DNA from: Balanoglossus misakiensis
Taxonomy: Eukaryota > Animalia > Hemichordata
Assembly: GCA_040954595.2 (NCBI GenBank)
Contig: CM082576.2
Coordinates: 20,383,028-20,447,027 of the forward strand
DNA length: 64,000 nt
Direction: 5' to 3'
A model generated the notes under the pieces. It saw only the letters and a program-made list of their open reading frames with translations, did no database searches and was not told where the DNA came from. The translations under genes and the position numbers were made by a program. Below, piece by piece: positions 38,987 to 49,985 of the stretch. Position 1 is the first letter of the stretch, and each line of letters starts with the position of its first letter.

Positions 38987-39462
38987 TACATATAATTCCC
39001 CCGTATTTCGAACGAGTGTGCCTGCGTCGCGGACGAGTGATTCCCCGTATAGCGGCCGTATCCCTCCGAGCCATTCTATACGGGGAATCGAGAGTTCGCG
39101 ACGCAGGTACACGAGTGAGGAATACGGGGGAATTATATGTTTATCACATACATAGATCCGCTAATTTTGATTTTCAAATAAATCTCTTTGTGGTTGCGAT
39201 AAAATTTGTAACTATTTTGTGCAAAATTGAAGATCGATGTTATGCGGTCTATCTGCCAGGTGACTCAGGTCACGACCTGGACGATTCTGGTTTTGGCGAT
39301 GACCCGTCTGTCGTGCGTCAGCAGGATTTCATCGTCCGTCAAGGTTTCACTGGAGCAGGAAACCTTTCTTATGCCTTTTGCTTCATGACTAGACCGTTTT
39401 GCTCTAATCGTCGCATCAAAATTTTTGCGAATACTCAGTTTTGTACCTGTCGCTCGTTCGAC
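38987..39462. mobile_element. Hairpin-bearing element (Crypton-like), cut off at the duplication breakpoint
   Basis: ACATATAATTCCCCCGTATT...AATACGGGGGAATTATATGT hairpin then TTATCACATAC; degenerate relative at ~12380-12600. Confidence 0.65.
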
Positions 39463-40540
39463 ATAATTACATACATATAAGTATGTTAAATAACGACTTT
39501 TGAACAAATAATTTAGCTAAATAATAAGTTAACACATGGCACCCCATACAAACATTACGTCCAGTCCAAATATTCTGCCAATTTTACATCCAATGCATTC
39601 AAATAGTGGACTGCTTCGCTTTCATCCAGTTTTCATGTGCATCGTATAAGTAGACTTTTGTTTTGTCCCGTCTTTTCACCGAATTTGCTCTTTTCCAAAT
39701 CTCCGACACAGACTATGATCGTCACATTCTTGTCTGTTGTTAGAACAGCACACTGCCATATGGCATTGACTGTATACAGTTTCTGTTACCAATATCTCTG
39801 GTTTGGCATTTTCCTGTCCTCAATCTTTTGCCAGGGATTTTTGTGTCCCCAACCCGCGTGAGAATCCCACGTCTTTGAAGGTATGACTGTGACTATAAGA
39901 TTCTATAAATCTCTGTTTATTTTCAGCACTTGATTGCCCAGCTGGTAACCAATGTCCAAATGGTAACACTGTGATTTTATGCTCGGCTGGTTATTACAGT
40001 TCGGCCTTGGACAAAGGATGTCTCGCTGTACCTCTTGCATAACAGGTAAACTTCTACCCACCAACCTTTATTTCCAACATCAAACATTAGGTCAGGTAAT
40101 TTACTAACTGAAAAATAGGATGGGAACATTTTCCATTTCTGTATTTAAAATTTACTGATATAATATATGAATGAAAAAATGACAATTTTTCCAAATTTGA
40201 ATAGACCTCTATTTATGAAAATAATTAAAATTTGCGCCAATTTTTTACAGTGGTATTCAAAGGTTAACTTGGTGTGTATATTCTTTGTTTGATTTACAGA
40301 TCAGCCGGTGCTGAACAGTGTACTATTTGTGAGCAAGGGTACGCCTGCACAGATCCCAGTGCATCGCAATTCAAGTGTACCAAGGGTTACGTGTCATTGG
40401 CTGGTGCAACAAACTGTACCAGATGTACAAATGGTAAGATTGTGGTACTTGTTCAGTTTGCTGTGTGATGAAACTGAGTGGTATGTGTGTATGCATGTAT
40501 GTGTTTACAACAGATTTTCAAGTCAGTGCGACTGGGGTTA

Positions 40541-40572
<32 letters not shown>

Positions 40573-41081
40573 TACAACAGATTATCAACTCAGTGCGAAA
40601 TCTTGCGAGACCCGGTTAGCCATGTGAGATCTCGCAGAGTCTTATGATATTCAGAAAATGGTTGATTAGAAATGACGTTTAATGTCCTCCAAAGAATTTT
40701 CTACATGCCCGTATACTTGTCTCAGAATTATGAAGTGAATCATCTCAAGTAATTTGTTATTTTAAATGACACTGTATCACAAATACTTCACTAAAAACCT
40801 CATTTTCTTTAATCAGATGAAATAAGTGAGGAGCCTGCACGCACATCCCGTCTTCTGTGCCCTGCTGGACAATCGTGTTCAGATCCAATGTAAGATCCGC
40901 TTGACTGTGGCAATGGTGAATATGCTATGGAAGGCGACGGCACATGCACGCCTTGTCCAGCAGGATCCAAGTGTCCAACCATGTCACCCGTAGTTGATTG
41001 TTCAACAGTTACTGGTAAGTTGGGCTGCAAATTACTCTTATGACTTCCCTGTGTTATAGCATGACATACACAGAAAATTAA

Positions 41082-43490
41082 CTCAAACACACCCTTATTT
41101 TGGATTATAAACATTCTAAATTCCTTTTAAAATTTTTCTCTCGATTTAAGGCTTTTAAACACTTTATAAAACTTTTCAATACGACATAAAAAAACGATAT
41201 ATGTTCCATATTGCTTTTTTATATCTAATAAGACAAGAAACATTTCAAAACACTAATTTAGGCATGTAAACTCTGTTAGAACATTTGACAAAAAAAACTA
41301 TTTAATACGGTATAAAATGATATTATATGCACATTGTATATTTTGAAAAAAATATGATTAAATAAACAATCGATACATAAATACACGCATATTTAAAGCG
41401 CTAATACAGTAATATATAATTCTTAAACCTTTCTTTATATAAATGATAAAAAATTAATGATTGTTTTGTAGCATATTCAAAGAAATGATTTAGAATGATT
41501 TTAAAGTGTTCCGAAGCCTTTAATCATGTTGCATTCATGTTAAAATCGCTTGTTAAAACATTCTCATTTGAAGTAATCAATGTGAATAAAAACGATTTTG
41601 TGAAAAATAATGCGTTTTATATCAAATTTCAAAGACGGGTTAAATAATGATCTGAGGGTGCTTTTTATGCCTAAATAAGTTTGTATTTAATTTAAAATGC
41701 TTTACGGATCATTTTTATTTAAAACCTTAAATATGGAACAAGCATTGTTTTAATATCGTTTTAAACAGTTTTCATTCCAAATAATTAGTTTTTTATCATA
41801 TATACAAAGAAAGGTTTAAGAATTATATATTACTGTATTAGAGCTTTAAATATGCGTGTATTTATGTAACGATTGTTTATTTAATCATATTTTTTTCAAA
41901 ATATACAATATGCATATAACATCATTTTATACCGTATTAAATTGTTTTTTTTATCAAATGTTCTAACAGTGTTTACATGCCTAAATTAGTGTTTTGAAAT
42001 GTTTCTTGTCTTTTTAGATATAAAAAAGCAATAAGGAACAAACATCGTTTTTCATGTCGTATTTAAAAGTTATATAGAGTGTTTAAAATCCTTAAATCGA
42101 GAGAAAAATTTTAAAAGGAATTTAGAATGTTTATAATCCTAAATAAGGTCGTGTTTGAGTTAAATGTGCGATATGAAGTTTTTGGGCCCGAATAAAGGAT
42201 GGTTTTATGTTATTTTATAAGAAAGGTTTTAGAATGATTGAATGACAGTTTTCCAAATGCTTAAAAAGCGGTGTAAATATATAGAAATTGCTTGTTAAAT
42301 CATTTCCGTTAAACATACGATGGCATTGATTTTATAAGGTATTAAACATTTTTTGTGAAAAATTAAAGCGTGTTATAGAAAAAAATTTCAAAAAGGTTTT
42401 TAAAAATGATCCCACATTGTTTTTTAGCCTAAATAAGTGGTTTTGAATTTAAAATGCTTATTGAATCGTTTTTATTTAATACATGCGATATGAAACTAAT
42501 AACGTTTTTAATATCGTTTTGAGAAGTTTTCTTGCCAAATAATGTTTTTTTGTAATACATTCAAAAGAGACTTTAGAATGATAAGCAAAACATTTATATT
42601 GCTTATTAAATCATTTTCATATTAAAAACTTAATTTTGGCTTATTTGATTTTTATTCAATACATATACCAATCAAAACATCTATTTTATATCAGTTTTTG
42701 GAGTTAATTATATTTTCAGATGAAAATAATTCGCAAGCCTAAAAATATTGGGTGTTTTTGAGTTTGAAATCAGTACCTAATAATTTTTATTTAAAAGTGC
42801 GTTATGGACCAAATATCATTTTAGTATTGTATTTAAAGTTTTTGTGCACAAATTAATGGTTATTTTGTAGCATATTCAAAGAAATGATTTAGAATGATTT
42901 TAAAGTGTTTTGAAGCCTTTAATCATGTTGCATTCATGTTGAAATCGCTTGTTAAAACATTTTCATTTGAAGTTAACAATGTGAATAAAAACGATTTTAT
43001 ACCGAATTTAACCCTTTAAGTGAAAAATAATGCGTTTCATAACTAATTTCAATGACGGGTTACATAATGGTACCACGGTGCTTTTTATGCCTAAATAAGT
43101 TTGTATTTAACTTTAAAATGCTTTACGGATCATTTTTATTTAAAACCTGAAATATGGAACAAGCATTGTTTTAGTATCGATTTAAACAGTTTTCATTCCC
43201 AAATAATTAGTTTTTCATCATATATACAAAGAAAGGTATAAGAATTATATATTACTGTATTAGAGCTTTAAAAATGCTTGTATTTATGTATCGATTGTTC
43301 ATTTAATCATATTTTTTTTCAAAATATACAATGTGCATATAACATCATTTTATACCGTATTAAATTTTTTTTATCAAATGTTCTAACAGTGTTTACATGC
43401 CTAAATTAGTGTTTTGAAATGTTTCTTGTCTTTTTAAATATAAAAAAGCAATATGGAACATACATACGTTTTCGTGCCAAATTATTGTGT
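41082..43490. mobile_element. 2.4 kb AT-rich foldback-like segment present only in copy A
   Basis: TTAA at 41078-41081 and 43491-43494, single TTAA in copy B; internal inverted and direct repeats. Confidence 0.75.
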
Positions 43491-43861
43491 TTAAACTGTT
43501 ATGCTCATTGGAGTTGATATTGTGATGCACTTTGAAAAACACAATGATTCCACTGAAGAGGTATTGTACAGTAACACCTGTGATTACGGACATCTCTCTA
43601 ATAAGGGATCGTTGGACCAAACCAATCGTTCTTTGAATTTTTTCTGTGATAGGTTCATACTCGCTAGGTTCGGCCAAGTCCTTCTGGTTATGAATGCACA
43701 ACTACAAATGTCACACAGTGCGCTACAGGGAAGTAAAGTGTTGAAGGAGGTAAGTCTTGAAATCTCTTTTCTTCTGGTCTCGATTTGAACATGGTTCCAC
43801 AAGTTGTTTACATCACTTGTAGTTTTACATATTTTTTTAGTTCAACAGCTATGCTATACAT

Positions 43862-44503
43862 GGTGTCCTGAGAAGTCGACCAGTATGAGAAGTCGGTATC
43901 GGCCAGTACGAGAAGTCGGCCTGTGGGAGAGAACCCTGGTACTTTGTGTTATATATAACTGTTTCACTACGAAATGTTTCCTTGATGTACAGGAGCTGAG
44001 ATATTTGTACAAATAGCCGATGAATTTTAAAACTGTCTGTTCACTTTTCATGTACGTCACCGGGGTACGTCAACATCAGTCACCTGCACTTCTTGAGCTG
44101 CGCCAGTAGTCTGTTCCTTGTCACGTTTGTTTGTTTGGTGTTGTCTCAGAAAGTATGAATATACACATACATCTTCTATGTATTTTAGTAGGCTTTGAAA
44201 CAACTCCCTTTAATCAGAAATGTCACAGGAATTTGGCGAACAACCTAAGCTCCTTACGCGGATACGGGGATGGGGAACTGGTACGGATGCCAGACGCCAT
44301 TATTTGAAATGACGCCATTGTGTTGTCAAGAATTTGGGAAATCCGTCCAAATGAAAATATTTAGTGCAATTATATTTTATTAAGTGTTGTTATAAGTAAT
44401 CTGGGTCATCACTGCACTATTCGGGTACAAGTTCAACAACTGGCCGACTTCTCATACGCGCGTAGTGGCTGACTTCTAATCTGGCCGACTTCTCATGTAT
44501 TCC
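43862..44503. mobile_element. MITE with subterminal GAGAAGTCGGCC repeats
   Basis: Imperfect TIR GG..TGAGAAGTCG; flanked by direct TATACAT; copy B from 59282. Confidence 0.7.
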
Positions 44504-46292
44504 TATACATTAGTGAAAATTGGGGAAACTGGTGTTTTCAGACAACTTATGAAGTCCCTTTCGCAATATTAACTCTAAAACAGCGGGTGATATTCCTTTT
44601 AAAATTTAACCAAATAAGCATACTTGAACTCTGTCATATCGGCAAAACACTCACTACACAAGCTGCTGTTATTCTACAGACATGACATGTGCTGATTGCG
44701 GCGTAGGTAACTACTGTCCAGATGGGTCAGACAGCCCCATTCCTTGTCCATCAAGTTATTATGCTGACACAGCCACAGAAGTATCCTGTACCCCTTGCGA
44801 TCCAGGCTGTCAGTGTGCAGCAACATCACCCACTTGCCTGCACATCAAGAACCTACTCTCTGGGACCATCAACAACATGTACTCCCCTTCTACCAGGTTT
44901 GTAGTCGTCTTAGTCGTAAAAACATATTTAAGGTGTTGGGCACCTCGAAATAAAGGGTCGTCTGATCATGTTAAAATTAATACTGATGATACTATGACTT
45001 CTAAACATTTAATCTATGGAATAAAAATTGGGGGTCAACCATCTAGAGTTTTGAAAAAGCGCCCTTTATCTAGCACCTCTTTCAGATTTTGCCAGGCTCG
45101 TAGATTTTTGTAAAATGGCCTCAAAAATAAGAATTTTGGAAGGTTTGTCATATTTTTTCACCATTGTAGAATCTAAATGTTCTGAATTATTTTATTTTTA
45201 GCAATTTTGAGATTGCTTCATGTTCAGTATGATAATCGCATGTCAATACAACTGTTACATTAAAGGAAAAGTTCAAATCCGCCTAAAACCACATTGCATT
45301 GGTACCTAGTTAAGTTGTCCTCACTTCTGACGCAAAATTTTGATGTGCAATGCACGTGTCTGTGAAATTGACGAATAAAAAAATTGTATACCAGTGCAAA
45401 ATTAAAAACTCCCTGTGCAGCCTTCTTGGCAACTGCATGCTGGGAAAAGTACTCGGATGATGACGAAAAAGTTTCGGGGTTCCGGGTAGTGCTACCCCGG
45501 AATACAATGTTGGGTGCAGACTCCAACTATGGAAAAGAGATGCAGAATGTCATGTGATATAGTAGTGAAAACAAATACACGTTGGTTCACGTATTTCAGC
45601 TCTCAGCAATCAGGGTGCATTAAAAGGCCTTGATTGGTGTGATATTCACAATTGATGATTATAAATACTTACAGTTGTATACTGTTTTATTTTGTAAATA
45701 TTGTGTACATTTGCAGCAATGAATCCGTGCGAACACAAACCTTAACCCATGCCGGAATGCTGGTACTTGCCAAGCAATCCAGGGATCTTGTACAGGCGTC
45801 ACATGTCTATGTGCTGGCTGCTACCTGGGCTTCACATGTGAAACACGTGAGTACAGTACTTTGTCATTTATTAAAAAATCTAAGTGCTGAGGTACATTGT
45901 AGTAATAATAGCAGGTGTAGTCATTATCATCATCATCATCATCTTTAAGTCAGTCATATGATCGGTAATAAAAACAGTAAAATCACCAGTATAAAAACAT
46001 AACAGAGAAATAATGAACGTGTACTGGTGTTACCATAGGTAACTGTTGTATAAAATTTTGAATTCCTGTCTTCCAGTTCCTAATCCATGCTTCACTAGTC
46101 CTTGTCTCAATGGAGGTACCTGCCAACAACAGGCAAATTCTTGTACTGCCACCATTGGCATGTGCACAGAGTGTTACTAGGGAAACAGGTGTGAGACAAG
46201 TAAGTTTGAATCTATAGCAGTTAATAATGATAATTATCATTTTTTTTATTATGATTTAAACTTCACTGATGTTGTACAAACACAAAAATAGA

Positions 46293-46752
46293 AATAATAA
46301 TAATAATAATAATAATTTATTTGTATAGCGTCAGTATCCACAAAAAATGTGATCAATGACGCTTAAAGCAAAAGTACAATACAACACAACAAATGGCTAA
46401 AAAACAGATTTAAAAAGTAAAGTTTTAACATTTGATTTAAAAACAGATAAGTCTGGTGCCTGGCGTATGGTGAGTGGAAGATTATTCCAAAGAATTGGAG
46501 CAGCAACAGTAAAAGCACGATCACCATAACTCTTGGTGCGTGATCGAACAGGGCAGAGTTTGAACTGATCAGCTGACCTCAAATTGCGACACGGAACATA
46601 TAGATTAGTCATGCTAGAAAGATAGATTGGACCAAGTTTATGAATGGATTTAAAAATGAGAACTAACATCTTAAAAACAATACGCTCTGTAACAGGTAGC
46701 CAGTGCAACTGATACAAAATGTGACAGGTGATTTTTGAACGAGTAACAATTA
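46293..46752 (-). mobile_element. L2-clade LINE 3' end
   Basis: LHWLPVTERIVFK..SYGDRAFTVAAPILWNNLP..FKSNVKTLLF; (TTA)n tail. Confidence 0.9.
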
Positions 46753-47766
46753 GAAAGGGACAGCAGCTTAGCTCTATTCCTTTTCCAAAGTGTTTGTTCT
46801 TTTAAACTACCTGTTTTTTATTTATTCTGATTATGCTAATATGCTAATTTGTCGGTTTGTCACATCACAATTTTTGTAGGAAACTCACCCCTGGGAATTT
46901 TTTTCAGCCACTGACATACATTCATAATCACATGACATTGATGATCATGGAAAATTTGACCCTTTTCCTTGTAGGACTCAACCAGTGTCCACCAAATCCG
47001 TGCCAGAATGGTGGCTTCTGTCAACCGGCTCGAAATTCCTGCTTTGATCTCACCTGCATATGTACTGGTTGCTACAAAGGTGATAGGTGTGAGATATGTA
47101 AGTATACAGCGCAGTCTCTTTTACCTTTTGTCTCTGATGCATTCAAATACTGCATGTTTCCTGAGCATAGGTGTAGCCATCACCACAGCAGAGCTTGGAG
47201 CGTTCTTGACATCGAATGCAAGATTACACTCTTCCCAATCAAAATCACTTTCGTAGCGCATAATGTCTTGATTGTCTTAGTTCAAGAAACATTATGCGCG
47301 ACTGGCCAATTTTACAGCCTTTTGTCAACGCACATCCACTATGGAAATTCTCACTACAGGCCAGATAGTGTAAATTTGCATATGAGTCTACAGGTATGCT
47401 TGAAGTCAAGTCAAGCATTTGCAAGGAACCCTCCTCCAGTACACAGGTCTTTGATTTCATGAAGGGAAGCCCTTGCCTCACAGTCACTGCCACATGATCT
47501 ATGGAGGTGTGAACAACTTGATACCAGCCTAATATAAGTTGTAGGCACAGTCACTCCACATACCCTTGCCATAATTCTGCAAGGTTTTTGCCATATCTGT
47601 ACTGTAGAATGAGTAGCAAGGAATAAAATGGCGTCCTTTCTTAATTTCCAGTGCAAAACCCCTGTGATCCCAACCCATGTATGAATGGTGGATTTTGCCA
47701 GCAAACATCGTGCAATTTCTATTCATGCCAGTGTGTGAACTCTTACACAGGTGACATCTGTCAAAC

Positions 47767-49418
47767 CATAGACCCTAGAGAAAGAAGGACGAGCAACTGC
47801 GGCAAAGATCAAAGGGTTTGGGGATTATCTGTATGATGATGTTCTTTTGCATATAATTAACACCCAGGACAGTTGGACAATGACTTCCTTACTTCGGCAC
47901 GTGTCGACCCCACCAGTGATGCGAAAACTTGCCACCAAACTGACACTCCTGCATTTCAGCAGCCACTGCGTTTTTTTCTAAAATTCTAAAAGTATTACGA
48001 TGTCTGTGCTAATTATTATGGTCGTCTGTCGGATGAACGGTCATTTCTAGTGCCACAAGCTTCATTTAAAAATTGTAAACAAATCATCCATGCCAAATTC
48101 CTGTTTAACTTGTGCAGATGTGTTCCATAAATGATTGCTGCGTTCAACCACGTTGCAGTTTTCTCGTCTTCTGCGAGATGTTCTAAGGTGTTTGTGATAA
48201 CTTCACGCAAAACGCGAGACTTTGCGTTAGTTTATACACAGTTTATTTGCAAATTGGATTATTGGGATTTACCTGGAAATAATGTATGCAAAAGAACATC
48301 ATTTCAAGAAAAAACTGGAGTTGCGCGTCCTTCTTGCATGTCCGACTGGGCACTCATATTTCTTGGTAACGCTGACACTTTTCGTAATAATTTTATGTTT
48401 GCGTGAAGCATTGAAACAAAAATTGTGGTTTAGGGGCATTTTATTTCGCAGTGCGTGAACAATAAAACAGATTTCACGAAAACAATTTATAAACAAACTG
48501 GCTGGATTTTCATGTGTGCGCTATTGCCGCCAGGCAACCCTCGGTACGGTTAGCTCACAGCCTTGTGAAATACCCGGACTGTTAGACAAAAGATGCTTGT
48601 TTTGGACGCTGTCAGACTCAGAGGTGCCAAATTCCTGTTTAACTTGTGCAGATGTGTTCCATAAATGATTGCTGCGTTCAACCACGTTGCAGTTTTCTCG
48701 TCTTCTGCGAGATGTTCTAAGGTGTTTGTGATAACTTCACGCAAAACGCGAGACTTTGCGTTAGTTTATACACAGTTTATTTGCAAATTGGATTATTGGG
48801 ATTTACCTGGAAATAATGTATGCAAAAGAACATCATTTCAAGAAAAAACTGGAGTTGCGCGTCCTTCTTGCATGTCCGACTGGGCACTCATATTTCTTGG
48901 TAACGCTGACACTTTTCGTAATAATTTTATGTTTGCGTGAAGCATTGAAACAAAAATTGTGGTTTAGGGGCATTTTATTTCGCAGTGCGTGAACAATAAA
49001 ACAGATTTCACGAAAACAATTTATAAACAAACTGGCTGGATTTTCATGTGTGCGCTATTGCCGCCAGGCAACCCTCGGTACGGTTAGCTCACAGCCTTGT
49101 GAAATACCCGGACTGTTAGACAAAAGATGCTTGTTTTGGACGCTGTCAGACTCAGAGGTGCCAAATTCCTGTTTAACTTGTGCAGATGTGTTCCATAAAT
49201 GATTGCTGCGTTCAACCACGTTGCAGTTTTCTCGTCTTCTGCGAGATGTTCTAAGGTGTTTGTGATAACTTCACGCAAAACGCGAGACTTTGCGTTAGTT
49301 TATACACAGTTTATTTGCAAATTGGATTATTGGGATTTACCTGGAAATAATGTATGCAAAAGAACATCATTTCAAGAAAAAACTGGAGTTGCGCGTCCTT
49401 CTTTCTCTAGGGTCCATG
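47767..49418. mobile_element. Non-autonomous P/Galileo-like TIR element
   Basis: TSD GTCAAAC (47760-47766, 49419-49425); ~32 bp TIR CATAGACCCTAGAGAAAGAAGGACGAGCAACT with 2 mismatches. Confidence 0.85.
48091..49403 (+). repeat. 534 bp tandem repeat, ~2.5 apparently identical units
   Basis: TGCCAAATTCCTGTTTAAC at 48091, 48625 and 49159. Confidence 0.95.
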
Positions 49419-49672
49419 GTCAAACAAGTGAGTATATACTTTCAAGACACCCTGCAAACAAACAAGCAATCTTTATTCCGTAGATCTTTAAGCATATTTA
49501 TGCATTGTATATTTTGATGTGAAACTTCAAATTTTATTGGTCTTGTTGCCAAACTTCTGAAGAAATGAGGATATTGTTTTGAAGGGTATTTTATCAGTAG
49601 ATAACAAATACCATGGCCCTCCATGCAAATACCCACATGGTAAATTAAAACTGTTACAGGTGTATTTGATTT

Positions 49673-49985
49673 AAGCAATAAAACACCCCCAGCCATGGTA
49701 TACCACGAGATTTTGACCAGTTCACGACATATACGCACGAGCGATAGCGAGTGCGTATATGGAGTTGAACTGGTCAAAATCGAGTGGTATACCATGGCTG
49801 GGGGTGTTTTATTGCTATTATATTATGCCAGTATATTGAAACTTTGCATAAAACATTTTAAAAAGGCATTTTCTTTGACTATGATATATGACTGTGGTAT
49901 ATGGCTAATATATCCTGGTCACGTGTCGTGTCTCGACCAATCAAATAGCGTGATTTACACCTTCAATATACTGGTATAATATAAT
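49673..49985. mobile_element. Hairpin-bearing element (Crypton-like)
   Basis: AGCAATAAAACACCCCCAGCCATGG hairpin, loop CGAGCGATAGCGAG; TATGCCAGTATATTGAA/TTCAATATACTGGTATA inverted pair; CACGTG..CCAATCA. Confidence 0.7.

Larger units (their letters stand above)
39927..44896 (+). pseudogene. Five Cys-rich exons (GCC2/GCC3, ephrin-receptor-like repeats)
   Basis: Exons 39927-40045, 40300-40433, 40817-41014, 43653-43749, 44680-44896; DCPAGNQCP..CSAGYYS, CTPCPAGSKCP, CPSSYY..CTPCDPG; TAA stops and frameshifts. Confidence 0.85.

Noticed and set aside
46857-47462. 201 aa ORF as a single-exon EGF protein
   Set aside because: Only 46975-47097 is an exon; the rest is intron read-through.
48016-49483. 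Repeated short ORFs as a gene cluster
   Set aside because: Products of the 534 bp tandem repeat with non-ATG or weak starts and no recognisable domains.
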